This document shows, one piece after another, positions 1-13,757 of a stretch of 64,000 nucleotides of DNA (positions are counted from its first letter, which is position 1; the number at the start of each line of letters is the position of its first letter). A program made the position numbers and the translations under genes. The notes beneath the pieces were generated by a model that saw nothing but the letters and a program-made list of their open reading frames with translations, did not search any database and was not told the origin of the DNA. Origin of the DNA: Lytechinus pictus (Eukaryota); NCBI RefSeq assembly GCF_037042905.1, contig NC_087250.1:22632001-22696000 (forward strand), in the 5' to 3' direction.

Positions 1-840
1 TTGGTATTAGACCAATTGAAAATAAACCGGTTAGAGTGCCTCTCCGGTATGTTGGTACAGAAATGACAGTTTTCAGCACTACAGATAAATGTTATGATAG
101 GAGTTTAATAATATTATGCATGCAATACACATTGTACTGTGTACACTGCATACTCTTCCTGTACTAGCCTGGTAATGTAAACTATGAGGAGGACCATGGA
201 TGGAAATAAGAAAAAAAAGTGATTTTCCATACCCTCTCTTAGCCCCATGACATTAAAGCTTGATGTTTCGTACAGCTTTTACCCCCCATCAAATTACCTA
301 TACAGATGCCTCAAGGAAGTAATATTAAACACAGTCAGCTATTTAGCCAATAGGAGGATTCCTGTTGTAGGGAATAGTGAAAACGATGTCAGTTTTGAAG
401 TTACTTTCAAGATATTACTTGTAGGCAGATAAATGGTCTGTGAAAAGGTTTGTTCTTCAGAGGCTCAATTTGCTAGTAGGTCCATGATTGTAGTCAATTC
501 AATGAACTGTACATATGGACGGATGAAATTCATGTAAATGTACAGTACATGTATTTGGGCTGAACAGTTGCGTGTAGTCCTATTTGTAGGTTTTTGTGTA
601 GTGCATGTGACTTTACAGCCCCCAAGTAGTTTATTTCTCATCATTTTGGTGATTTCAGAATACTCCAGTGTGTATTATCACGGGAATTTTTAAATTTTTA
701 TCTAACCTGCATTTCCTCATAACTTTTTACTGTAATTTCGATCTCGTGACGAGACATTGCATAAATTTCTTTTGGAATAGGTACATGTAATTGTCAAGAT
801 CTACAGTATGAGTTTAGACAGGCTGTGATCTTTCTGAAAT

Positions 841-1233
841 TTAAAGATAAATGCCAGTTGTGGTAACGATCTCAAAATGAGTTCAAATAGAATCCAATAA
901 AATGACCACCCAGGTGTTTGTATGTAAATAAAGAATATGTGCCAAATACCTCTGGAAAAAATTCTGTAATTGCTGAGAAATGAGCAAAATAAGTACGGAA
1001 TTCCGTAAAACGTCAGGTATTTTTCCAAGCAATATTAATACACTGTCCCACGTATGCCTTTTTGTGTTAGTGATCATCAGAATTATTGGTTTTCAGCTAA
1101 GATTTCATAAAGAAGAGGTGATTTTTAATGTACCAGATCTAGATTTATGATAATATAGTGGCAATTAACCGTGATTTTAAAGACTTTCTCATGAAATAAT
1201 TGTTTGCTGCAACTTCTTTCTTTCACCTTTAAT
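841..1233. mobile_element. Non-autonomous DNA element, TTAA-flanked (Kolobok-like) family A, diverged copy
   Basis: Similar to 2601-3000 and 60027-60429; begins ttaaagataaatgccagttgtggtaacgatctc, ends cacctttaa. Confidence 0.7.
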
Positions 1234-2159
1234 GCTTCTTCCTCCCACCTGAAGAGTCAAGAAGTTTGAAGTGCAGGTTGGGACCTTCTTGAAATTTAAT
1301 ACTTGTTTCTTGAACCTGAAGAAGTCGAGACGTTTGAAGTACATATCCGTAATGAAAGCACTTTCACAGTGCTACATGATCTCAAGAATCATTATTAAGT
1401 GTAGGCTACTCATTGAATTTTTGGCATTAGTTACATTGCATCATTATCACAGTCTGAAAATATTCATTCATAATATAGATTCTTATTAAAAAGGCTCCAC
1501 ACTATTAAACTTCTTTTCTTGGTGGCCCGATCATTCCACAAAAATCATCAATTTTATATTTTTGGTGGCCCGCAAAGCAAATATGGTGGCCCTAAAAGTA
1601 AAACAATAGAAAACACTACAATTAATCAAAACTTTGGTAGCCCCACTGGGCCACCAAGTGTGGGCTTTTACAGAAGCTTGGTGGCTCGACTCTATTTTTT
1701 GGTTGCCCCGGGCCACTGATAATGTCGAGCCCTGCTTAATACATGTAGCTCAGATTTTATTCATATAATTTTTTTCTGTGCTAATAGTCATCAAGGAATA
1801 TTGTTTGAATCTTTTATTACTCTCAAAATATGAAAAGTTCCACACATACACACACAGTGCATTTATCTTCATCATTTTGAAGCAGCACTTTACTCTGGAA
1901 GAAGACGACGAAAATAATATCCCTCGCCCACTTTTTTTAAATTTCCTTCTTTATTCTTGCTTCTCTTTTCTGATGGGGCAGATGTTTGGCAATATGAACG
2001 TATATATATATAAACTCAACAAGTGTGGTGTAATTGGATTGAAGTTTATAAAGTGCAGGACCAGGTAACACAAAACTTAGTGATTGATTGTATGTCTGAT
2101 TTCTACGATTGATTGCATTGGACATTGTGTTTGATCAATCACAACAATCACCTCAATGA

Positions 2160-2350
2160 TCAATCGCCAAGCGTTGTGATACAGGGTCCAGAACTTCTTT
2201 TGTCCTTTTGTGAGGTGCAAGCCATCCCCTGTCAAGCAGAGCTGCCGCCAATTGTACGTTTTGTGTACGTTTGTGAAGAAATCCAATGTTTGCTTGTTTG
2301 ATCTTTACTGTATTGAGCCTGGGAGGCACGTTCAGACATGCCACTTAACC
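2160..2350 (-). pseudogene. Decayed SGNH/GDSL esterase-like fragment, probably a LINE ORF1 remnant
   Basis: Across a frameshift: ACLNVPPRLNTVKIKQAN...NWRQLCLTGDGLHLTKG (DGLH block-V-like motif). Confidence 0.4.
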
Positions 2351-2600
2351 TTGAAGATGATGAAGTCTGTTTTCTGGAGTAGGGGATAGAATCCTAACAA
2401 ATCACTTGTTTTCTTGGTGCATGTACACAGGCCTCTAGACCTTGTTTAAAATTCTTTATAAAAGATTCCAAGGAAAAATATCTTCTTGTTATTGGAATTG
2501 TCTATTCTTTTTGGTAAATGGTGAGAATGGATTTTTTTTTTAAAGCCATGAGGCGTTTTTGTCCTTGTATTTTTACGGGGGGGGGGGGGGGGGGGGGGGA

Positions 2601-3000
2601 TTAAGGTAAATGCCAGTTGTGGTAACGATCTCAAATGACTTTACAGAATCCAATATAATGACCACCCAAGTGTCTGTTTATATGAATAAAAATTATGTGC
2701 CAAAGGATTCTGGAAGAAATTGTGTAATTGCTGAGAAATAAGCAAAATAAGCGCGGATTCTGGCACTTCCGTCAGGTCTTTATTCCAGCAATATAATATA
2801 CACTGTCCCATGTGTGCCTATCTGTGTTGGCGATCTTCAGTGTGATTGTTTTTCAGCTTAGATTTGATGATTTCACAAAGTTCAGTTTATGTAACTGTAC
2901 CAGATCTAGATCGACGATGATATAGTAATACTTAACCTTGGTTTCACAGACTTTCTCACGAAATCAGTGTTTTACTGCAACTACTGTAATTTAGCTTTAA
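2601..3000. mobile_element. TTAA-flanked non-autonomous DNA element family A
   Basis: Near-identical to 60027-60429; TTAA at both ends, imperfect TIRs. Confidence 0.8.
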
Positions 3001-3334
3001 CTCGAGTGAAGGGTTTGCACAGCAGACTAGGACAAACCTATAGAACTTCATTTAATTAACTTGCAGGAATTAAAAGCGTGTTTGAATGTGCCTTGTGAAC
3101 ACACCACTTCTTAATAGCACCAGGTGGCAGCCTATGACGACACTGGGACAATAGATGTCATATTTTCACCTTCAATATCTCTATCAATCTTACCAATGTT
3201 TATTACCCATTAAACCAGCAATCTTCTGTTTGCTACGTTCACACGTGACTGGTCAAAGTTTATGAGTCTAGTCAAAGTCTGGGAAAACTATTCAATTGGA
3301 ACGTTGGGCCATCATACATGTATGTAGCCTACAT

Positions 3335-6154
3335 TAGTCTGGTCTGTTAGCGGATTTATGTGGACACGGTGGACAAAAGCATGATTTTTTCTCCAGACCT
3401 TTGTTTATGTATAAGAATTAAAAATGGGGTATGCTCCAAAAAATCTGGCTGCAGGAACAGAGAAAAAATGGGTGAAAATGTCAGAATTTATGAGTTTAGA
3501 TTGGTCTGATATATAGACTAGCGCCAGTGCAAAACTCAATAGCAGTGCATTATTTTACATTGGTTTAGTTCTTGAATTCAGACCCTTTTTGAACAGATGT
3601 TGTTTGTCCTCACATCTCAATGCACCAAATATCTGAATGCAGATGCTAAACAAGCCGAAGGGTGGCGGTGGAGGGGGTTGAATGTTGGTGTGTATGTACA
3701 TATTTTGGTCTTGGGGTAAAGATGTGCAAAACACATTTTTTGTATGTGTTGGAATTGGTGTTGCCATGGTAACAGTGTATTATGGCAAAAATAAGGTAAA
3801 AATCTTGCAGTTAGAACTACTTCCTCTGTTTTCATCCGATTCTCATGAAATTTGGCACACACATTGGTATTGAAGTAAAGATGTACAAGGCACTTTTTGT
3901 GTGTGTTTCAGAAATTGTGTTGCCATGGTAACAACATATTATATGGCAAGATTTAGGTAAAAACCTTGTAATTTGAACTACTTCATCAGTTTTGAACCAA
4001 TTCTCATGAAATTTGGCTCACATATTTGCTTGGGGTAAAGATGACTGTGCAAGAACCATTTTTTGTGCATTTGTCAGAGAGTGCATTGCCATGGTAACCA
4101 CATATGATAGCCAGAAATGCAGGAAAACTCATTGTGGATCAAACTACTTCCCCTGATTTTAGTCAGTGCTCATAAAAGTTGGAAGAAATATTCATCTTGG
4201 GGTAAAGATTCATATTAAATTCTAAATGTCTTCACTGCATTAAAATGTTCACGCCAGAGTGTGGGGGTATGAATCACCTTCAGTAATATTTCTAGGTTTT
4301 GGGGGGAGGGGCGGGATTGGTCCTTAAAATCTGACATCAAAATAAAGAAGGTTAAAGGCGGTGGCCATTAGGAACATAAAAACGATAAACACTCTTAAAA
4401 TAAGCATCCCCTCAATGGCATAGGCTGGGGGTACACTGGGTGAATGTGAAACCTTCCGCTGAGGCAGAGGAGTTCCAACACTGGCAAGCAAAAGGAAAAT
4501 GTGTACCCCTTCTACTTTCAACAGCTGATTTTCCAAACCTTAGTTCCACCTCCCCAAGATGTGCACCCCTCCCCATACCACTTTTAGTTCTACCTCCCCA
4601 TGCTCAAACCAGTCTACGCCTTTGCCCCTCAGGGGTCTTTGCATTATTAAAGCGAGACATTACTCCTTTTTTTTTTTGGGGGGGGGGTCTTTAGAAAATG
4701 ACCTCGTAAAAGTAAAAGGATTTTGACTAGGAACTTAACCCCCTCCCCCCCCCAAAAAAAAATATAGGGGGCAGATATATTTTTTGAGCAGAAAAATGCC
4801 CCCCCCCCACCTTAAAAGGCAAGAAGAGTCCTTTGCACTTCAGATCATTCATTTGAAGTTTAATGCATTCTGATTTGATAAAAATTGTTTACGTACCCAA
4901 TTAATCATTGTTTATTTATATTCTCCTACTCAGTCTTTTTAACTTTATCACATCACTCTTGATTTTGAGCTTCACCATACCATCATCTCCTTCTGTTTCC
5001 TCTCTCCCTTTTTACTCTCTCTCCAAGTATATATTTTCTGACATATTTTTAAGTGTACCTTTAATCATGCAACTAATTATAGAAATATAAATATATACAA
5101 AAATCTCTGCACTTGTTTTAGAAATTCACTTGCAAATCCATGACTCAAAATAAACCATATCAAAAATATACATATGTGTGCAATAGATTTTAGCCTTCTA
5201 TTTTCTTTCATTTCATTTTTTCAGTATATTTCAGTGACAGCCCCTGCTTTATACATCCTACATGTACATCTCCCATTGTCAAAAAATGAATATTATGTTT
5301 CAGTAGCAAAATTGTCGGATGCAAACTCTGACTGTCATAAAAAAAATGCAAATAATTTTCCATTGGAGTAAAGACAAACTTATTCACTGTTCATTGAGCA
5401 AAGATTTAATGATGACTTTTATTTCTCTACATATAATCATATTCTAGTCATATCCCTTTCAGATGGTGGTAACTGCAGGAATGGGAAAACTCAGTGATAA
5501 ACTAAAATTTTCACAGAGGATTTTCGGAAAATAACTAAATCCATTTTTTCAAGCAACAGTTATTCCATTCTGGATGCTGCAACCTTGTTAATATGAATTT
5601 GATGCACCTTTACCAAAATATAATATATCATGACAGTCATTTCTTCAATTCTTTATACTAGACATTAAATATTGCTAATAGTATTATTCAGGACAAAGTC
5701 TAGCCAAAATAGAGTTTAAAAGATTATGAAAAAAATGAATGTCATGGTATTATATTTCGGTGTAGGTGTAAGCATTCAAAATGGAATAATTGTTGCTAGA
5801 TAATAATGGATTAAAATAGCAAATAAAAATGTACTTAGAGAAGGAGACAAAGAGGGGGAGAGAGGAAACAAAACAAGAAGGTATGGAAAGATCAAAAGTG
5901 CAAAAAGTGATGTAAGATAGTCAGAGTAGGAACTGAAATGAACAAAAACTGAGTAGAAGCAAAAATAAAACATTGATTAATAATTGGGCACCGGGAACGA
6001 TCTTCTATCAAAGCAGAATGTTTTAGGCTTTAAATTAATACGCTGAAGTGTAAAAGATTTTTCTCCCCCTTTTTTTTTTGGGGGGGGGGTTAAGTTCCTA
6101 GTCGTAATAATTTCCTTTTACTCTTTATGTGGCAATTTTCTAAAGCCCCCCCCC

Positions 6155-6186
<32 letters not shown>

Positions 6187-7992
6187 AGGGGTGCTTTTTT
6201 TAATAAGAGTGTTTAAGTTCCTAACGGTCATGGCCTTTAACCTTCTATATCTTTATGTTGTCAGTTTTTAATTACCTCCTCCGCCCCCCCCAAAAAAAAA
6301 GAACCTATATTATTCAAAGTGATTAATACCCTGCGCTATCACATGACATTAAAGGGGAATCCAACCCAAATAAACACTTGTTTTTAGAGGAAAAATCAGA
6401 CAGGTTTATAGGTCAAAGTTTGAACAATATCGGACAAACCATTAGAAAGTTGTGAATATATAAAAGTTGTAAACATTGGTAATCACTATACCCATGAAGA
6501 CTTCAAATTGGCGACATATGTGATGTCATAGTGATGTAAGGCAAGGACTACTCTTCCATGTACTGGAATAATTAATTGGCTAAAATGTCTTTTTCAAAAG
6601 TTTTACAAATTATATCATTCTTTCATGAGGACATAAAACAATACACTACCAGGTTCATATTACGGCCCCAATGGAATAGGGATTTAGGAGAGAACCAAAA
6701 ATCCTGATAATTAAGTACAAGGCCTATGGGAAAGTTGTTCTTGCGGCCTCGCCCCTTGTCATAATATACTTACCCAGTTGCCAATTTGAAATCTACATAC
6801 TAGTAGTCTTAGGGATCTTAATTTTAAAGCAACCATAAATTTTGCTTGTCCGATTTCTTTCAAACTTTCACCATTTATATTTTTCTCCTTTTCCACACAA
6901 TATTTTATGACCAAGGCTGGATTCCCCTTTAACACTGAATATGAATCTTTACCCCAAGATGAATATTTCTTCCAACATTTATGAGCACTGACTAAAATCA
7001 GGGGAAGTAGTTTGATCCACAATGAGTTTTCCTGCATTTCTGGCTATCATATGTGGTTACCATGGCAATGCACTCTCTGACAAATGCACAAAAAAATGGT
7101 TCTTGCACAGTCATCTTTACCCCAAGGCAAATGTGTGAGCCAAATTTCATGAGAATTGGTTCAAAACTGATGAAGTAGTTCAAATTACAAGGTTTTTACC
7201 TAAATCTTGCCATATAATATGTTGTTACCATGGCAACACAATTTCTGAAACACACACAAAAAGTGCCTTGTACATCTTTACTTCAATACCAATGTGTGTG
7301 CCGAATTTCATGTGAATTGATTGAAAACTGATGAAGCAGTTTGAATTGTAAGTTTTTTCCCAATTTTTACCATATAATATGTTGTTACCATGGTAACGAG
7401 ATTTCTGAAAGACACACAAAAATGTGTCTAAGACATCTTCACCTCAAGACCAATGTGTGTGCCAAATTTCATGAGAATCGGATGAAAACAGAGGAAGGAG
7501 TTCTAACTGCAAGATTTTTACCTTATTTTTACCATAATACACTGTTACCATGGCAACACCAATTCCAACGCATACAAAAAATGTGTTTTGCACATCTTTA
7601 CCCCAAGACCAAAATATGTACATACACACCAACATTCAACCCCCTCCACCGCCACCCTTCGGCTTGTTTAGCATCTGCATTCAGATATTTGGTGCATTGA
7701 GATGTGAGGACAAACAACATCTGTTCAAAAAGGGTCTGAATTCAAGAACTAAACCAATGCAAAATAATGCACTGCTATTGAGTTTTGCACTGGCGCTAGT
7801 CTATATATCAGACCAATCTAAACTCATAAATTCTGACATTTTCACCCATTTTTTCTCTGTTCCTGCAGCCAGATTTTTTGGAGCATACCCCATTTTTAAT
7901 TCTTATACATAAACAAAGGTCTGGAGAAAAAATCATGCTTTTGTCCACCGTGTCCACAAGTAGGGTATTTTTGACGCTAACAGACCGGACTA
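3335..7992. mobile_element. ~4.6 kb fold-back (long inverted repeat) element
   Basis: 3360-4216 is the near-perfect reverse complement of 6938-7957 (mirror ORFs in the track). Termini are tagtctggtctgttagcg / cgctaacagaccggacta; more diverged inverted matches continue inward to about 5700. Confidence 0.85.
6353..6928. mobile_element. TTAA-flanked MITE inserted in the right arm of the fold-back
   Basis: TTAA-aggggaatccaacc ... ggctggattcccct-TTAA; absent from the left arm. Confidence 0.8.
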
Positions 7993-8419
7993 CATGTACT
8001 GTTCAATACAGAATGCATTTGATTTGGGGAATTGCCTCTACGTCCGATGCCATTTCGTTCAGTGACTATGTCGTCTAATGCTTTTTGGTCCATTATTATA
8101 ATTTTGTTTAATAGCCAGTTAGTCTTTTAAGAGCCACTTCGTCCAAAAGCCACTTCGTCTGTTAAAGAGCCATTTTTTTCCAATAGCCACTTTGTCTATT
8201 AAAAGTTTTGAAATTTAAACTGTCGGAAATAAAATATGTACATGTAGGCCTATAAGACAGAATAATATTTTGTAACATTATATCATGCCATGGCCAGGCC
8301 ACTTCTCCATCATGGTACCGTTTTACCTCCAGAAATGGGAAAAAATAAGAAAAGTGCAACAAATCAAGGTCTAGTCATCAGGCCTATGATGGATTTGGAT
8401 AGCTTTAGGCCTGGTGAAA

Positions 8420-8690
8420 AGATGATGGTGTTGATGATGATGGTGTTGATGATGGTGATGGTGGTGATGGTGATGATGGTGATGGTGATAATGATGATGT
8501 AATGATGATGGTGTTGATGATGATGATTAGGATGATGATGGGGTTGTTGATGAGGATGATGATGGTGATGGTGGTGATGATGATGGTGATGGTGGTGATG
8601 ATTATGAGGGCGGTGGTGATGATGATGGTGATGATGGTAATGGTGATGATGAGAATGATGACGATGGTGATGATAATGACGCTGGTGATT
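8420..8690. repeat. (GAT/GGT)n trinucleotide microsatellite
   Basis: Imperfect gatgatggtgatg run that generates spurious Met/Val ORFs. Confidence 0.95.
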
Positions 8691-9054
8691 ATAGCCTACA
8701 TGTACATTGTATACTGTGCATGTACAGTACGTGTACGTGTACTGTAAAGCCTTCTGTACCAGAAGTGATGATCTTGATTAATATAGTAAAAATAATAATG
8801 ATAATAAAAACAAAACAAAAACATAATGAAAATGATAATACATGCATGACAGTGATAAGTATGATAACCATGGTGGTTGGATCAACCCTAGACAATAGAT
8901 ACCATAATGTACATACGTTTCTCACGGAAACAGATTATTTTAAAACATTGTACATTTCGTATGCAGCTACGCGTAGCATTCATGAATGAGCAAAAAATCA
9001 CAATGTCTATGATGGTTATCGATCGTTAGTTCAGCCAGTCACCCGTACATTTAA

Positions 9055-9626
9055 AGGAGAATGAAACTCTAAGAGCAAGTTAGCTTTTGTGAAAGCAGAA
9101 AAATCAAAGAATAAGATCAACAAAAGTTTGAGTAAAATAGGACTAGCAATAGAAGAGTTATGAGCATTTGAATGTCGAGATCACTAATGCTATGGAGATC
9201 CTCCCATCGGCAATGCGACCAAGATCTATGATGTCACAGATGAACAACTCTCCCCTTTTGGACACTGAAAATATACCCCAAAACATCTCTTTTTGCTCAT
9301 TCTAATCATATGACAAACGATTCATCAATGATATAATGTTGTGAAACCTCTGTACTTGTCCTCTCATAAAGAGAACACCTCACCTTGTGATAGACTCTAT
9401 AAAAGTGAGAATATAAGTGAAATAAGTACTAAAGTAATGAGGGAGTTGTACATGTGTGACATCACAGATCTTGGTCGCATTCCCAATGTGAGGAACTACA
9501 TGGCATTAGTGATCTCAATATTCAAATGCTCATAACTTTCTTATTATTCATTCAATCTTCCTCTAAACTTTCAACAATATGTTTCTTTGATATGGATTCA
9601 GCTGGTTTCAAGGGTTTCATTCTCCT
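9055..9626. mobile_element. TTAA-flanked MITE family B (Kolobok-like)
   Basis: TIR aggagaatgaaac...gtttcattctcct with TTAA on both sides; inverted near-identical copy at 17129-17712. Confidence 0.88.
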
Positions 9627-10920
9627 TTAACTGTATGTTTTACACAATCAGTTCAAAGTGCACATCATCATAGTCACACAATATGCACAATGTTGTATGT
9701 AAAAAAGACCTTGATCCTGTTAAACAAAGGTTACCAATTAATAATACGCTTGATTTTCATGACTAATTGTACATTGTAATCAATGCAATCAATCGTAGGA
9801 AGATTCTCTACGATGATTGCTATACCTTTGTGTTACGAGCCCGGCCTTAGTAGCGGTTCATTGAGGGGTGGGTGGGGGTGAGTTGACCCCTGACGTCATT
9901 TTTGGGGGGATATTGTTTGTGTCAGTTCAGATATCGTGGTTAATACCTCTAACCTATTTTGTATTTTTTGTTTGGTACAAATTCTACAGCATAATTGCTT
10001 GTTGAGTGAAAAAAAATATGTGAAATAAAAGAAAGCCCCCTAAAAAGTGATGCTCAATGTACTGTATGAACCATGGATCCAGTTAGGGGCACATCTGGCC
10101 TGTGCCCCCCTTTTGAGAGCCATAACAAATATTTGTTTAATATGTTATGAATACGCAAACAAGGACCTTGTTTTTGCTTGTCAAATTCTTCCCGATATAT
10201 CTAACTCCCCATTATTTAGGAGTGAAGAACTCTTTTGGGAGGCTTTTTATTTTTTGGGGGGTAAAAAATGCCCCCTTCCCCCTTTTGGAAAATCCTTGAA
10301 CCGCCCCTAGTATGAGTAGTCTTGTTTACTGTACATGTATTCTTGTGTTGAGGGGACTGATTAAATTATCACTGCATGTATTATTGACTCTGTCATGATG
10401 TGTCTATATCATGTTCGACTTCTCCTTGTATTCCAAAATTCAATGATGACTCATGCGTGCTTGTAGTACAGAGAACTGCAAAAGGGGTAAAAAAAATCAT
10501 GCTAGCGATCAAGACAAGGGGTGGGAATATGTGAAGAAAAGCGCCAGATTCCAGTCGTTAACGACCCAAAATTAGGCGTGCAAATTACCCACGCTTTTCA
10601 CTCAAAATGTTCGACACTGTTGGCGGTGTTTTCCCTGGAGTGAGATTTGTGACGGAATGACCCGATAAGTATGGAAATAGCTTTGCATACAGTCTGTCTG
10701 AAAATTTGGTGATCTCAATTTCTCAAGTACATGTATATTGTTGGTGGTTGGTGTTTGGGGAAGACTACAAATACATGAACCACCATATATAATACCAAAT
10801 CTAGAATTTTGTTTGATACAGTCAGATACATTTTCATTGCTGGGCTGATAAAAAATTTTGAGGGCAGCTTTAATAGAAAAGGCTGTTTTTCAAAAATAAA
10901 GCAATGGTGGCAGTCTCAAA

Positions 10921-11371
10921 GAGGCTGTTCTCACTACGTTCCTAAAACTAGTTTACTGGAAACTAGTTTAGTGGAAACTAGTTTCACGCATAGTGAGAAC
11001 GGTCAAAGCGGTCTTGGAAGCGATCTTCCAAACCAGTTTGGAAAACCACCTCGCGATGTAGTTTTCAAGATCGCTTTGCCTCGTTAAACTGGTTTTAGCG
11101 TAAGTGAGGACACAACCGTTCTTCGGGAAGCGATCTTCGCACATTTTGAGCGCGCTACTCCACACGACAGGTGTAGAATGCCTATGCTGCGGTTTCGAAT
11201 TTCGCGCGAAACGTGTCACCCCACTGAGAGCGTTTCCATAGCAACAAGAGCACTTTACGTGAAGTGATTTTGAAAACCACTTTCGTGTGATCAAGTGGGA
11301 ACGCTAGCAAAGCGATCTTCCAAAGTGGTTTCCAGTAAACTAGTTTTAGAAAGCGTAATGAGAACGGCCTC
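10921..11371. mobile_element. MITE with TIR gaggctgttctcactacg / cgtaatgagaacggcctc
   Basis: Terminal inverted repeats; second diverged copy at 15223-15671. Confidence 0.8.
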
Positions 11372-11529
11372 ATATTGTCTGAAAACAGTCTCCTGATACC
11401 TGTGACAAACTCTTTCAAGGCAAAAGAAGGTTTGCTACCCATGTTATTTATCTAACTTATTCTGAGCTGTCATCGAAATATTCAAATTTTGAGATATGAG
11501 GTTTAACTAGCCCAGCCATGTTATACTGA

Positions 11530-11599
11530 TTCATGAAATTTACAGAATTTCATTCATGAAATTTACAGAATTTCATTCATGAAATTTACAGAATTTCAC
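11530..11599. repeat. 23-bp tandem repeat x3
   Basis: ttcatgaaatttacagaatttca repeated. Confidence 0.9.
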
Positions 11600-13077
11600 A
11601 GAAAAGCCCCTTTTTAAAATTTGGGTGGGGGGGGGGGGTTGAGACATGCAGGGTTAAAGTGAAATCGTCAAAACAATGCATTTCAGTGAAGAAAAATCAA
11701 CATTAACATTTTGATTTTATTAGTTACACCCTGCTTGGTCATGTAATACGGGAAATATCTACGTTCTGAACGTAGATATTTCACGTATTTCGTAAGTACA
11801 AGCAGGGTGTGAGGATTTTTATCTCTTTAAAGTCTATCCTTATATTATTGCAGAATAGGGGAAATTAATAGAATAGAACTAAAAAAATGCAAAAATGCAT
11901 TCTTTTTACACCACAATGATCATAGTAAAAGAATGCGCACTTTGCTATTGAAATTGATGCGCAGATAGTAGTGTGCAGCGCGATGCTTGAATGCGCACAT
12001 AAAAATTGGTAAATACAGGTTTGTCTTTAGTACAAACTAATCGACCAATCAGATTACAGAATTCACCCGAAATATGGTCCCATTAGATATAAAGCATCTG
12101 ATTCTAAACATAGAATTTTCTTTTTAGAAATCAGAAAACTGGGGACAAGCCTGTATGTGATCATGTACAGGTACATGTATTTTCTTCATGACCCAACTTG
12201 GATTCATAGAATTTCTGAAAATGAAAACCCTTGAGAATGTGACATTCTTGCACGTAGGAAGCAGGTGATCTGTTCATACTAATTCTTTAATCACAAACGT
12301 ATCATGTTTAATGACACAAATACTTTGCCCCCACCCCGATAAATTGTTTGAACAAAACTTATTTGTTGTTAAAGAGGAATTAGGGGTATAAATTCTTATT
12401 TGACCTTTATAGCCATCAAAGGCCATTCCAGTGATGATTTTGATTTTTAATCATTAATGGAATAATTTTCCTGGTATTTGCATTGCAATTTGCTCCACAT
12501 TTTTGAAAGACTGCTATGCATAAAGTCTTTTGTATAGCATATTTTTACATAGGACTGACTGTACATTAATAGTTTATAGCTTTTCTCTTATGACCAAAAA
12601 TGTTTTTCAAATTTGTAAAGCAAAATTATTCCCTGATTAATCTACTTATGTCTTTGAAAATTATTACTTACGTTTACTTTTGACTTCAAATTATTATATG
12701 AACTCAACATGAACTAAAAGAGGAATTAGGAAGATAATAATTCATAATTCCAGCTTGAAGTGAGATACATGTTCTTTCAAAGGTCATATCAATAATGAAA
12801 TGAATTTTCAATCATTAATCCAGTGTGATGATAACAAAAGCTTGTTTTCTCATACAATTCTTTTTATAAATCCCCTTTATGTTGGGGGAAAATCATGGTA
12901 AATCATGGTGAACTTCGGGTGCGTTTATGCGCCACTTTTTTACCCTATAATCATGATTAGAAAGACGTTTCTGCAGAATCACATCGGAAATTGGGCGCAT
13001 AAACATACATTTAATAGCACTATATTAACAGTGATTTGAATCATGATTCTGTGACATCAGTGTATAGAAGATCAAAT

Positions 13078-13757
13078 ACCAAGTAGACCCAGAAAAGTGG
13101 TTGCCAAAAGGATCCTGATGCATGCTGGGTACCTTATCCCGCTTGCCGTAATTCTGGTAGTGGTAATAGGAGTTCTAAGTGTTAACAGTTCACTGCCCTT
13201 TCAAAAGCACAGTAAATATGAAATCAGAGCAAGAGAAAATATTTTGACGAGGAAATTAAGATATTATTGAGCCATGACATATGTAATGTACAAGTACTGA
13301 ACATCCAAGTAGACCCAGAAAAGTGGTTGCCAAAAGGATCCTGATGCATGCTGGGTACCTGATCTCACTTGCTCTAATTCTGGTAGTGGTAATAGGAATT
13401 TTAAGCGTTAACAGTTCACTGCCCTTTCTGTAAAGCACAGTAATATGAAATCAGAGCAAGAGAAAATATTTTGACGAGGAAATTAAGATATTATTGAGCC
13501 ATGACATATGTAATGTACAAGTACTGAACATCCAAGTAGACCCAGAAAAGTGGTTGCCAAAAGGATCCTGATGCATGCTGGGTACCTGATCTCACTTGCT
13601 CTAATTCTGGTAGTGGTAATAGGAATTTTAAGCGTTAACAGTTCACTGCCCTTTCTGTAAAGCACAGTAATATGAAATCAGAGCAAGAGAAAATATTTTG
13701 ACGAGGAAATTAAGATATTATTGAGCCATGACATACAGTATGTAATGTACAAGTTAC
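13078..13757. repeat. 227-bp tandem repeat, about 3 copies
   Basis: Identical 60-aa ORFs 227 bp apart (13256, 13483); the first copy is more diverged. Confidence 0.92.

Noticed and set aside
3555..7912. Pairs of near-identical ORFs on opposite strands
   Set aside because: By-product of the fold-back arms; no transposase or other motif
8290..8747. Met/Val-rich ORFs
   Set aside because: (GAT)n microsatellite
10500..10675. Mildly CpG-rich stretch with a possible donor (taa|gtatgg) as a first exon/promoter
   Set aside because: No decisive promoter evidence from sequence alone
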